Below are positions 11,978-25,365 of a DNA stretch of 64,000 bases, one piece after another. Where the stretch lies: NCBI GenBank assembly GCA_028023455.1, contig JAQFVV010000001.1, positions 30,256,001 to 30,320,000 of the forward strand, in the 5' to 3' direction. Below the pieces are notes generated by a model. It was given only the letters and a program-made list of their open reading frames with translations. It did not search any database and was not told the DNA's origin. Within the stretch, counting starts at the first letter, position 1. Each line of letters begins with the position of its first letter. This DNA is from Epiperipatus broadwayi (taxonomy: Eukaryota; Animalia; Onychophora). The translations under genes were made by a program, and so were the position numbers.

Positions 11978-14900
11978 GTATGTAAACAATATTTCATTAT
12001 TTAACCAAATTAAAATAGAATTACTAAATATTTGTTTTTGTTTTTTAATAAATTTTACAAACTGCCAAACATAATTAACATAAACTATATTCTAAACTTT
12101 AAATTAGTTTTTTAATTTAGTCAGTTATATAAAAATTTTATGTAATGTGTGTAAAGAATCATCTTAGCTTTCTTTATACATATATATTTTATATATCATG
12201 CAAAGTAAATATATACTCCATTGTTTAAATGCAAGTTTTTTCCGCATAATGAACTTAATTCTGATTCATGAAGAAGTGTTTAAATTAATTTTCAAAATTT
12301 TCTATCTAGTGTACTAAATATTTTGTTTTTATATACAAATCTTTTTGTAATATGCTTTTTTGCCAAAATAAAAAACTGAAAAATGATTGATATAATTTTA
12401 AAAATTTAATTATATTAATTCAATTAAATACTTTTAATTGATATTAAACTTCTTTCATGAATGCCTTATTTAAAATATATATTTATATTTTTTTTATTTA
12501 ATGTTTTTCCATGTAAATTTATAGTATACAAAAACAAATGTTAAAAACAAGAATCAAATTCAAATTTTATACTTATGTACTTAGAGTAGGGTCCTCTTAA
12601 TTACTTACCTTTTTTACTGGACTTCATGTTAAATACCTAAATATATTATAAGTTAATAATTTAGATTTATAAATAATTGTCATTTTAAATAAATTGTATT
12701 ATTTTTTTTTCTGGAAAAATTTTCAAAGAATTGTGATAAAACAAGAAAATCACAGATTGGGTTATATTTTTTAATATAAAGTTTGAATTGATATTTGTAT
12801 ATATGAAAGTGTAAAAACTATGTATTAATGTATAAATTGCACTTAAAGATACTTTTTAATAAACTGAAAAATTTGGATATAAATTTGCAAAAGATTGTCA
12901 ATTAAAATCGAAATTAATATTTACAGCTTCAATATTTATTTTCATTTTTTTTATTTTTTGGAAAGGAAGAGGGGAATATTTTTTGTGAAGAATTTTTTAT
13001 ATAAAAAAAAAAAGAGATTATTTTTGAATTAAAAGTTATTCTAAATTGACAAAATATTTTTTAATTAGTATTATTGCTATGGGATTTTCTATTATTTTCA
13101 AAAATATGTGTTTTTGTGAATAATGAGAATTTTAAATGTTATAATTCTTGTAAGTTTTATAGTATTAAATTTACATTTTTAATAATTGATCTTTTTTTTT
13201 TCATATTTTTATTAAATATTGCATGAATTTTGGAAAAAAAAAGTTATAGTGAATTAGTCTTTTTTGTAGTTGAACAATATAATTTATTTCATTTTTTTAA
13301 TGATCATTTTGTATACATTAATACTAAAAATGATGCACAGCTCCAATTTCAAAATAAATTTATTTAATTGAAATATGAAGCGCAATAAATGTTTTTTAAA
13401 TTATAATTACCATTTTATTGTTATTTATAAAAGAAGTTAAAATTTTCTTCTAATATTCATGATTCTAAAACAACAATTATCTTTTTTGCTATTGTTGTTG
13501 TTGTTGTTGTTGATATTATAAAATGATTATGTTGCAGATATTACAATGGAGCTGCAATATACTATATTTTGTTCCAAAGCCTCTCATATATATTGTACAT
13601 CATGTATAATAATGCATATTTTGTTAATAGGTTTTTATTATATCAGAATATGCATTGTTTATTTAACTGCAGGTTTATTGTATTTTTTAATAACACAAAC
13701 ATTTTTTTTATTTGTATAGTATTAAATATATAAATTAAGATTATAGTATAAACAAAATTTAAAATAATAATAATAAATATGAAAGGCATATTTTATTGTG
13801 TGTGTGTTCATTTAATCTCCACTCAAAAAGTAAAAATAAAAACACTTATTGTACCATATTTTTATTTTTTTTAATAAAATTCCATCACAATTAAAAATAT
13901 GCTCTGAGTGATATTCTTGTTCTTTAATAGCTTTTTGTCAATGGAAATGTGATAGGAGCCTCATTTTCAGAAGACTATTCTTTCTGTAGTTGTTTCGATT
14001 TTATGACAATTCTTAAATTTTTATAAAACTTTTAACCTTACAAAAGAATTATTAATTATATTAGAAAATATTTTGTTATGCGAAATACTGCACATCATAT
14101 TCAGAAAAGATAATAAAGCAAAGACATAAGTCAAAGAAATGTTATTAATAAATATGATCATGTAGTAGTGTTCTGAGATGGAAAAATGGTTATTAGTTTA
14201 TTGTAAAATTTTTACGAATTTTAATGTTTTTTTTTTTCTTTTACATGGAGGGGGGGGGTAACTCATAATTGAAATAATGCATAATTAAATATCATATATC
14301 ACAGCTTCATTATATTTATTTAGAATATATGAAAGTTACAAATTGTTAATAAGAATGAGAATAATGGTCTTATATATATATAATTATAATACATATATAT
14401 TTGTTGTTAATGAGTAATTATCTATTCTTAACTGTAAAGTAAAATGAGAAAAATCCTTACCTAATATTTACTGAATAATAATGTGAATATTCTTTTTTAT
14501 CTGAATATTTAAAAAAAAAAAAAAATTATAGCCAAATAATTAATCACTTGGGAGATCATGTGATGTTCTAGTGCTAAAAGTAATTAATTGAGATTTGATC
14601 AAGGAACCTTTAGTTGTCAAGTCCAACACACTAAAAATTGTATAGAGTAATCAATAATTCTTGAATAATTGTAAAGAAGAGGTTTTTATTGTTAATTTAT
14701 TGTTATTGTTATAAAAGAGTGCTTCTATTTTTTTTTTTTAAAAAAAAAAAAAACGTGAGAAAGTTTAAAATAAAATATATAGTAACTATTGACTTCTGAT
14801 AGTTTAGCACCTAGTTTAGTTACTGAAAAAGTTTGGCTTTTGAAATTATGATCAAATTCTTATTTGTTGTTGCTGCTTTGTTATTTAATATTTGATTTAA

Positions 14901-15743
14901 ATAACTTAACTTTAATCTTATGTTAAATATTTTTATGTATGCAATATATGTTATTTTGCTTTTATATTTGTGTATTAAATGTAAATTTGAATTTACTTGC
15001 GTACATTTTGGTATTCTCTACTGATAAATATATATAAAAGATAATTATTTAATATAACTTTTAAAAAGTTTTAGAATTGCTATAGTTTATCTATTATGTT
15101 ATCATTTACAGATATACAATTTGGATTTCTTAATCTGGAAACTTTTATCAGTGAATGAATAAAAGATCGTATGTAAAAAAATAAAATGTAATGATAAAAA
15201 TGGATTGAAAATTATAATTTTATTATCTCATATATAACAAGGCAAAACTCTCCATACAGTAGTTTAATAACAATTATGTGCTGTATAAGAGATGGTGATC
15301 ATGTGATGTTTAGTGGTTATTTCATATATATATTGTAATGGATATTTCATATCTCTAAAATATAATAATAAACATAATTTCAAGATTTTTATTGGCTTAT
15401 TATAAAGATAACATTATTATATAAATTTTGCATATTTTATAAGGCAAGATTTTATGATTCCAAGATGTCATCTTATCCATTTATAGTGTTTCAAATCTTT
15501 AGAAATTATAAAAGACACAGTTTCCTGTTTAATTTTCAAAATACACGTGTGCATAAAGTTAACTTTTAAAAGACAATACACTGATAAAATACATAACATT
15601 GTAATTAGTTGAAATAAGATTAATAAAGTAGTAATTATATTAGTGTATAGTAATTTAAAACGATTTGCAGTATTGATATAAACTTTAAATTTAATATGTG
15701 TGTCTGTGTGCACAAATGTTTATGTTTCTCTGATATATTTTAA

Positions 15744-17608
15744 GGTTGTCTTTTGATAGACGGTCGCAGCCACTTGACGGTACTGTTTATGTGTTAAAAC
15801 TCATAAAAATGTCATTTCCACAGCCTGGCACTTACGGCTAAGAAAACAGTTGTGTTTATTTTAGCCATTGCTAGGCCGCTTGATGGCTTTGCACAGAAAT
15901 ATTACAGCCTGTTTTGTGCTTTGCAACACTTTATTTGAATTCGCACAATTCACTGATTGCTACCGTATCGTCTGAAGGTATTTTGATTTCAAGTGGCACA
16001 AGTTTTGATATCTCCATAGCAGAGTAATTTAATTTCTCTTTAAATCATGCAGTCTACTCACTAAGAATTGTCACACCATCCCCACCCTTCCCTACACAAT
16101 GTGGAATTTACAAAATATTGGAAAAGGGTAGGGCCGAACACATTTTGGCCGAGCTCACGCAAAAACTCACACTTTTGCAAGAAATTATATGAGACAAATA
16201 AAATGGTGCATAAATTGTCCCACTTACTGATGTCAGTTAGGCTCCTGCAACCGATTGTATTCCATTCCTAAAAATAATATATTAAAGATGTAGTAGGAAA
16301 AAATAAAAGGATCAAAAAATGTCATTAATAGTAAGGGGAAAATAGAAATCAGGTAATTGAAATCACCGTACAGCCAAAAAAAAAGTCGCCGTATTTTAAA
16401 CCTGAAAAAATAAAATGAAACATGTAAAAGTCTGAAGTTTTGATGTTATTGTAATTTTTTTTTGTTTGTGCTAGTGTATTGAAAGGATCAAAAAATGTAA
16501 TTAATAGGAAAAGTTTTTTAAAAAAATGGCAAAATAGACATCACGTAATAGAAAAAAATCAAAAAAAAAAAATTGCCATCTTTTTTAAAAAAAAGACAAT
16601 GAAAGTTGAAAAAGTCAAATGTTTTGATCTTATTTTAATTGTTGGGGGGGGGGGTTGAGAAATACTTTGTCTTCACTAAGACAAAACATAGAGACCAAAG
16701 TTTTTTATTGTTTGTTTTTATTTTTTAAAAAAGGTAACAGAAATTGGTTTTAAAAATAAAAGTTTTAGTATATCAGCAGTATACAAATAAAGCCAAAAAA
16801 AAATATCGCCTCATAGGCCAAAAAAAATTGCTGTATTTTTAAACAAAAAAAAAAAAAAAAGAAACTTGAAAAACTCAAAAGTTTTGATCTTATTTTAATT
16901 TGGGGGTGGGGGGGGTGGATTGAGAAATACTTTGTAAAAGTTATAGACAGAAGTTATTTTTTGGTTGTTTTTATTTTTTAAAAAAAGGAAATAAAAATTG
17001 ATTTCAAAAATAAAAGTTAAAGCCCAAAAAGATCTTATTTTAATTTTTTTGGAGGGAGTGGGTTGAGAAATACTTTGTCTTCACTGAGACAAAAGTTATT
17101 TTTGGTTTGTTTTTATTTTTAAAAAAGGGTAGTAAAAATTGGTTTTAAAAATAAAAGTTTTAGTATATCAGTGGTATACAGATAAAGGCAAAAAAAAGAA
17201 TCGCCTTATAGGCCAAAAAAAAGTGGCCGTATTTTTAAACAAAAAAAAGAAAATGAAACTTGAAAAAGTCAAAAGTTTTGATCTTATTTTAATTGGGGGG
17301 GGTGTTGAGAAATACTTTGTAAAAGTTAGAGACAGAAGTTATTTTTTGGTTGTTTTTATTTTTAAAAAAAAGGTAATAAAAATTGATTTCAAAAATAAAA
17401 GTTAAAGCCAAAAAAAAAAAAAAATCGCCGTATAGCCAAAAAAAACCCCACTAAAAATGAAATATTAAAAGACGGAGTAGAAAAAATTCAGGACATTAAA
17501 AAAAGTTTGCCATATTTTTAAAATCACTGCCCGGTATTGTTACATTTTATTGTTTTAACACGTAAACAATGCTGTCAAGCGGCCACGACCGGCTATCAAA
17601 AGACAACC
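15744..17608. mobile_element. Non-autonomous TIR DNA transposon, 8-bp TSD, GG termini (Merlin/MULE/hAT-type TSD length)
   Basis: 57-bp TIRs 15744-15800 / 17552-17608 (8 mismatches); TATTTTAA at 15736-15743 and 17609-17616; no ORF. Confidence 0.85.
16380..17450. repeat. Imperfect tandem subrepeats (about 200-250 bp) inside the 15744-17608 element
   Basis: Block GTTTTGATCTTATTTTAATT-G(n)-TTGAGAAATACTTTGT recurs near 16620, 16880, 17030 and 17275, with variable A and G runs. Confidence 0.75.
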
Positions 17609-20600
17609 TATTTTAAATTTAAAAGGTACTAAAACATTTAGGTAAAATTATTAGTTTAATATAATGCAATTTATGATGAGAACAGTAGTAAATAGAACAA
17701 AATGATTTATTTTAATATCTGTAATTTAAATATTTATTCTAACATGATTTGTATATTTAGATTTATTGAAGTATATAATATTTTATTTAAATATATTTTT
17801 AAAAGTTATCTGTAATTTTAAAATAATTTTATTGTAATGAGCGCTATAATTTCTTCAAAAATTTTATTATCTTTTGCAAGAATATGGTATCTAGAAACTA
17901 GAAAGCTAAAAGTGTTAAGAAATTTGAGTAAAGATGATGATGAAATCGGTCCTCTAAATTTACATACATGAAAAGAATATGCATTGCTAGTCATCTACTA
18001 GTTAAACCGCATGGAGCCAATATTTAAATTGAACCATATTAGTTCTTGTTGCTTGAACATGGAGGGATAGATCTTTACAAACTATTTGCTCCATTTGGCA
18101 AATGCATTTATCAATAGTGTTCAAATGAATAACATCTCTGAAATGTCTTCATAAGCTTAAAATGCACAAACAAATGAAATTTAAATATTTTTTTTGTAAT
18201 GGAAATTTTTAATCTATTCCAGGAATGCTAAAATTTCAATTGTCATCTGCTACGATAATAAAAACAAATATTAAATAAATAATTTATATAAACATCTGCA
18301 TACTAGATAATTTGTTTTTAACCAATTTTCTTCAAAATTAATAGAATTTTTCTTTAAATATTTTTTTTCAGGAAAATGTCTAGGTTGATGAATTTTATTT
18401 CCAGGTGAAAAATATTAATTATCTACTAAAACTCATTTAGAAATGAAAGAAAACAACTTGTTTTGATTTCGCTTAATAGTTAAATTTTATGATTCATTCA
18501 AAAGGGTAAAATTCTGTCATTATCTTCCTATTTTGCAAGGATAAATTCTCACATCTTCTTTTGGGATTTCCATTCAAGAAGCATCAAAGGATTTAAATCA
18601 ATTCTTCAAAATGTTTTCAAAAACTTTGCTTGAGTAAAAATTTCTGAAATATGTCTTTGCAAAACCTTAAGACTTTTAACGAACTTTAGGTAACATTTTT
18701 TTTTTGTTTTTGTGGTATACATTTATTATCTAGTTTCTTTAATTTTCAACTAAAAAAATATAAGTTCTCATAACATGAATGCAAGATTAAACTGGAAAAT
18801 ACAAGTAAGGTGATATTAATTATATGGTTCTAATTTTAATATTGATGACTTAGGTAAGTGCGAGCAACTTTATTTTATAGATATTTTCTGTTTTATCGGT
18901 CTTTAAAATAAATTTTCAGTTTCTTTGTTATATTTAACTAGTATAAGGTATCTAAATGATTTGTGTAAAGGAGTGTATTTATGTGGTTTGAAAATATTTT
19001 AAAATGAAAGTTATCCTTATGTTTTGTAGATATAGAACTTTAAAGATTGTAAGAATATTTTTGGAGACTTCTGTTATATGTATGGCAATGATATTTACAT
19101 ATATTAATTTTGTTTAGTAGAGAAAAGCTCCTAACAACTTGTGTTATAATTTACTCATAAATATTAGCTTGGGTAGGCATGTTTTTTGCAACGGTAACAT
19201 ATATGTATACTTGTCCCAATGGCCAAAAATATTTATTATATTATATAATCATACAATAGAGGAAGACTTCCTGGTGATTTGTATATCTAACCTGTAGAGG
19301 TCAGGTAAATTCATAATGTCATATGTATTTATATGATCTGAATATATAGGTTAAATATTTTATTATCCCTGGAAAAATGAATAAAAGTTATATACTAGAG
19401 ATACCCATTTTGAGATTCTGACTGTACAATAATAAAGAAAGGTCAAATAAAATATTGTTTCACATTAGTTATTTAATAATCACTTAGTACTTGAGTTTTA
19501 TTTAAGACTTGCTTAACAACCTTCTCAAATGAATTAATTTCACAACACATCTAGATACACAAAAATTTCTTGTTTTAGAACAGTATAGATTGTGATAAAT
19601 CTCCTATATTTAAAAGTCATTGGAGATCTTTAGTTATTGAATTTAATGAAAACTTAATTTATTATTGTTATATTTTTATTTTATTTCATATTTATTTATT
19701 TTTTTGTAAATAAATTGATTTTATATTTCCTAAATTATCTGACTTTTACCTTTCGTAATTTTGCATTCATCATCTAACAGATAATTTAAGGTTACATAAA
19801 TATGATTATAATATGTTTATTTAAAGATACACTGTTTTGAAAGTAATGTTATTGATATTTATTGCTAATATTAGCATGTCTTTTAAATAGTAGTGCTTAG
19901 ATACTGTAAGATATAGTTTAGATACAATAAAATAATCTTTGTTATTTAGCCATATCGATGATAAAGATTCTAAGTTTTTTATTTATTATACACAAATACC
20001 TTAAATCTTGAGATAACATTAGAGTTGGTATATGTATTTTGGAAATTTAGAGAGAATATGCTAACCACATGAATATTATTAGATTTGTTTATCACTATCT
20101 CATATACACATTTATATTATGATTATAACCCTGAGATATTATTGTTGACTATTACACATTTATAGTGTTTTCTAAATATTTAAAATAAACATAAAAAATG
20201 TGTTTACATTAAAGAGTTAATATTATGATTATTAACTATTTATTACAGGTTAAGCTAAGATTTTGTCAATTGAAATATATATTTGAAAAAAAGGACTAAA
20301 TGCTTTTTTTTGCTAATCCAATAATGCAGTTTTTTTTTTTTTTTTAATGTGAACTCAAGTTTTATACTTACATGTATGCTTGTAAAAAAATTTAAATGTA
20401 TGTAAATAAAACTTTCTGCTTTTATATAGTCATTTGAGGCATAAAAAATGTTCCAAACAAAATGAAGATAAGAGAAAATAATAATTGATTTATAGAAATA
20501 CATAATAAGGCATAATAAAGACTAGTAATCTTTATACTACTTGTGATCTGTTTTGTGGGTGTCTTTTAAGATTAAAAATGTAAAATTCAGAGTGGAATGA

Positions 20601-21099
20601 ATTCACAAAAATATATTTATATGTTTGATAAAAGACATTCAATTATTTATATCTTTAATATAGTCTTCAAACATAAGTTAAAATTTCCTCAGATTATTTA
20701 TATAATTTTCTATAAAATTCCGTCTACTGAAAGTAAACAAAATATAGAAAATATTTTTTTTATTTGTGTAAATAAAAAAAATAAAATATTCTTTAATCAT
20801 CTCAATACATTTGATTTATCTACCTAATGTTGAAAAATAAATTTATTTTCTGACTCCCATTTAATGAGCTATTATAATTTTCATGCATCAAAGGTGATAT
20901 ACTTTTAAACATATTTTATGATATTTTATATACTATTAATAAAAATTTTGTGCAGATTGCAAGAAAAAATTGAAATCATTTTGGATAACTAGAAAAAGAA
21001 GAAAATCAGGGAAAACAAAATTTAATTTCCAAATTAAATATATTGAATAAAATATTCAAAAAAATTATAAACAGAAAGTTTGAAATATCTGTTGTTTAT

Positions 21100-21950
21100 T
21101 TGAAAAAAACAAAAATACATGGAAGAAAGAAAGAATTCAAAAAAAGATTCCATAAATTAAATAAAAAACAAAATTAGATATAAGTGTTTAACATTAAAAA
21201 TATTTTTTTAAAATATTCATTTTTTTTTTTTTTTACTTATGGAAATGACATTCATGTAGAAAATACAGATATAATAGATATAACTGAAATACTTGATATA
21301 ATGTTTGGTAAAGGGAATAAAGAGTTGCATATATAAAAAATGGAAAATTACTAGGTGATGCTGTAGTGATTGAAATGATTAATGGTGATGTATTAATAAA
21401 AATATTTACTTTTTTATTATTACAAAGGACTCAATTAACAATAAGCTAATTATGTATTCTCTACAAACTTTATATCAAGATTTTAGCGTAAGATTAGAAG
21501 AGAAATTGGATTTGTTCATCTAAGTGATTACATTTAGAGATTAGTATATAATAATTCAAAGAAAGAATGTGAAATTTCATATGTTTGGGCTTCATAAATC
21601 ATGCTTTCTTTTAAACCTTTATATACATGCTACACCAGAAATGATGCTGATAATGAGAATAAACATATAAATATGATTAAAGAATGATGATGACAATGGT
21701 AATGATGATGATCATTGAAAGAATTAAAAAAATAAAATGGAGTTGGGTTGGATATATTTTTATAAATGATGACAACAGACAGATAGTTAAAATCTTAGAT
21801 TGGATCCAAAGAGATTGTAAAAAAAAAAAAAACCTAGAAAGAAATCAGATATGAGCTGGATGAATGATGGAGAGAAGAAAGACTATGGCTGAGACTAAGT
21901 GGATTAAACTTGGAGAAACTTTCATCCTGCATGAATTGATAATAATTGAA
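21100..21950 (+). mobile_element. Decayed RTE-clade LINE, 3' part
   Basis: 21710-21900 translates IERIKKIKWSWVGY..DDNRQIVKILDWIQRDCK..PRKKSDMSWMND, typical of the RTE ORF C-terminus. Confidence 0.7.
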
Positions 21951-23149
21951 GGTTATGATGGTGTTTGTGGGTGTTGTTGCTAGCACTTATGCCCATTATT
22001 TGAATCATGAGTGAAAAAAAAAAAAAAAAGGGCAAAACTCGAGATTATTTTCATGTTCCTAGATCATAACTATTTTTAGCTGTATTGTTAAAGATGGAAA
22101 ATCATAACAATCCTGCCCAATGATCTATTGACTAGTATGAATTGTCTTTTCTATTTGAATATTTATTTATTACTTATGGAGATGTGTTGAAACTTTCCCC
22201 AACAATTGAGTATTAAATACTGTGACATATATATATATATTACAAGTTAAAATCACTATGCTTCTAATCTAAGCAATTATTAAAAAGTAAAAATGAAATG
22301 TTTAGAAATTTGGTCATTGTTGATTTCTGAAGGCTGAGGTTTGTTGTTTAGGATAACTGATGAAAAATTACATTTGTAAAATTGTGATACTATGTGTTTA
22401 TATTTGATTTTCACTTTTTGAATAGTTAACTTGAATATTAATTCATATATCAGTATATTAATGTTATATTTGATACATTGCCTTCAAATAGGGATATGAT
22501 TAAATCATAAATAATGTTCTATTATATATAGAGTATTTATAATTATAATGAAGATCCATTTTGGACATTTTCTATTGTGTAATATTCCCACAGACTTATT
22601 TCATCCAACAAACAATATCTTCAAATAGTTGTATGATTAAGTTATAAAACTTTTTTCAAGTATATATAATTATATGATATATAAAGAAAATTCATAAATA
22701 GCAATCTTAATACTCTACAGTGTAGCATTAGCTAGTCATTAAAAATATATTGTAATAAGAAACAGCAAATTTAAACTTACCTATGCAAAATGTTACTATC
22801 AATCTTGTTCAGACTGTGAGTAAATGATTCACAATTTTAAATGTAAGATTCTGATATATCTAGTATATAATTCTGACTATTGGTTTTTTGATGTCCTTAA
22901 AAAAATGTTTAAATAATCTAAATATTATTAGTGATAAAAAAAAAAAAAAATTAAAAAAACAACTTGTGAATTGGTAAATTTGGGATATATAATACCTACT
23001 TTAAAAAAAGATCAATATCTTTTTCCAATATAAAGCATACAAATTTATTTTTACTTTTTTGATTTTTTTTCATTTTTTTTATACGTAAGTGTGACATGCA
23101 TGTGTTTATAATCATTGACTTAGACCTATTTTGAAATTCACACATGATT

Positions 23150-23244
23150 ACAGACATTGGAAAAAACATGTCAATGCCTTCCAAGATGCATTTTGAGTAA
23201 CTCTCTTTCCTTGGATCAAACTCACCTAGCTCTCCAAATAACAC
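23150..23244 (-). pseudogene. Ty3/Gypsy gag N-terminal remnant (Mag-like)
   Basis: LFGELGEFDPRKESYSKCILEGIDMFF resembles the GxxxEFDPxxExWxxYxERLExFF start of Mag-clade gag. Confidence 0.5.
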
Positions 23245-25255
23245 ATATCATTATATGTGTGAATCACTTTATATGCATAATATAATAATTCTATAATTAT
23301 CATTAAAACACTCATTGTATCTCTATAGGCACATAATATATGAAAGGATTTCCAATTACTTTTAAATTACTGTAAGTCCAAGAAAGCATATAATTTCACT
23401 GAAAGTATTGTAATCTTATAATTATTGGCACCCTATAATAAAAATAATATAGGATTTTCTTTTTTTATGCATAATTGATGTATGTATATTTAATTTTTTC
23501 TTTTAATATTGAATTAAATGTATGTTAAATTTTCTGTTCAGAAGCTTCAGGTATCAAAACATTGATTAGATTTAATGTGATCATAATCCACATAGCTATA
23601 TAGTTTATTTCCATCTTATCACATTTGATCTAGAATTTTTTAGATTCACTTTAAAAACTTTAATAGATGTGATATCTAAATTTTGTACTAACACAATAAA
23701 GCCCCTTACAACATTAAAATGAAATGTAATTCTTTTTTTTTTTGTGTGTGTGTAAAAGAAAAAGACCATGGCTTTATATTTCAAAATATACTTTTCAACA
23801 GAAATTATTCTAAATATGAGAAAACCAGTTTAGCTCGCCTGATAATAAAAATTTTTAAACCAAAAAATAAAGAATGATCTTTCACACCAGTAGTTCTTTT
23901 TCATTGTTTTTAAGGTAAATATATACATTATTTTTATTTAAATGTGCACAAGATGTAAATATTTGCAGTCTTTTTTTTTTTTTTTAATTCTAAATATAAG
24001 ACATTTTCCCCTTAATTCCTCCCGCCATCTTCTGGTTTTAATAAGAAATACAAAAAAAAAATGTTTTATTTGATTTTGCATTACATGATAGTAATGATTG
24101 CTCCTCTTACAAGATAATATAATCTGCAGAGTATTTAATGTTACAGATTTTATTGTTAATAGTAACAAACTTACAAAAATAAATGAACTTTATTATTTCT
24201 TAGGATAAGCATATGTGTGAGTATACTTTTATTATGTTGAAATAAAAATGAACCAATAAAAACCGATGACGTAATATGCATCAGATTAATAAAAGGGTTC
24301 TTTTGAAGTACTTGCATTTTCAAATAGTTTTTTTTTTTTTTTAATCTCAATCATTTGCTCCCAATTGATTTATAGGAGGAAAAAATTACATTAATATTTT
24401 TAAATTAGTCATTGATGAAGCCAGTGTTGGGAGTTAATAGAAGACTTTATTCTTACGTGTGCGGGAGGAATATTGAGGCAGTTGAAAAGAGAGAAAAATG
24501 AACATGAAATGCATTATGTTTGTTTGTTTTTAAATCAAAAGGTTATCAGAAATTTAGCTGTGAATATTGTTTAATTTGATTGACTGAAATCAAAGTATTG
24601 TTTGTTCTCTTTGCTGCTTATCAAGTTTTTTATTTCAATTCTGGTAAAAGAAGAAAAACAATATTTCAAATGCAATTATTATAGAAAATAATTCATGCAT
24701 TGCAATAAGGAGTTATCATTTTTGATAATCAAATGTTTATTCTCTGTCACCAGTGCTCTTTATCAATAGATTTTCAGTCTTAATACCTACATTTCAACAG
24801 ATCACTTAACAAATTACCTACATTATTTATTTGTTTGGAAATGTATTGATAATTTTTTTTATAGCTAGTAGTGCAGACATTTAGACTAATTTGAAAGAAG
24901 AAACATATTGTAAAAATGTTTATAAATTATTAGAATGAAAAAGTAAATAAAAAATAATCATTACAAAAATAGGCGTCTATGGAATCAGTTAGAATAATTG
25001 AAAATGATAAGTGGGAATATTTAGGAAATAGTAATGAAGGCAATGAAAAAAATTACCATTAGCAAGTTTTAACAAAATAAAAGTAACTATTGGGACTATA
25101 TTTGATCTATGTGAGAATAAATTATATTAAAGTGTTGGGATAAACATCTATCAGCTGATGATGGGGAAAATATTATTGTTTAATTATACTATTGTTTTAT
25201 TTAGTTGTTTAATCTGTCTTTAAATAGAGACGATTGATAAAGTATTAACGATCAT

Positions 25256-25365
25256 GTTGTTGTTTTTTTTTCATGTGTCATGGCATAGGCTGGGAAGCGA
25301 ACTCGCTAACCCGGGACAACTAACTGCTTGTAAGGCAGCTGTGCTGACCACTCGACCACCAACGC
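25256..25365 (-). mobile_element. tRNA-Gly(TCC)-derived mini-SINE / pseudogene, anticodon now TAC
   Basis: Minus strand GCGTTGGTGGTCGAGTGGTCAGCACAGCTGCCTTACAAGCAGTT... follows metazoan tRNA-Gly(TCC); small internal duplications; tail TGACACATG-A9. Confidence 0.8.

Noticed and set aside
18040-18700. Haspin-kinase resemblance (EHGGIDL ... GNIF)
   Set aside because: Motifs are in broken frames and about 600 bp apart, far more than in the kinase.
24421-24432. CAGTGTTGGG hAT-like terminus
   Set aside because: No matching inverted end or TSD found.
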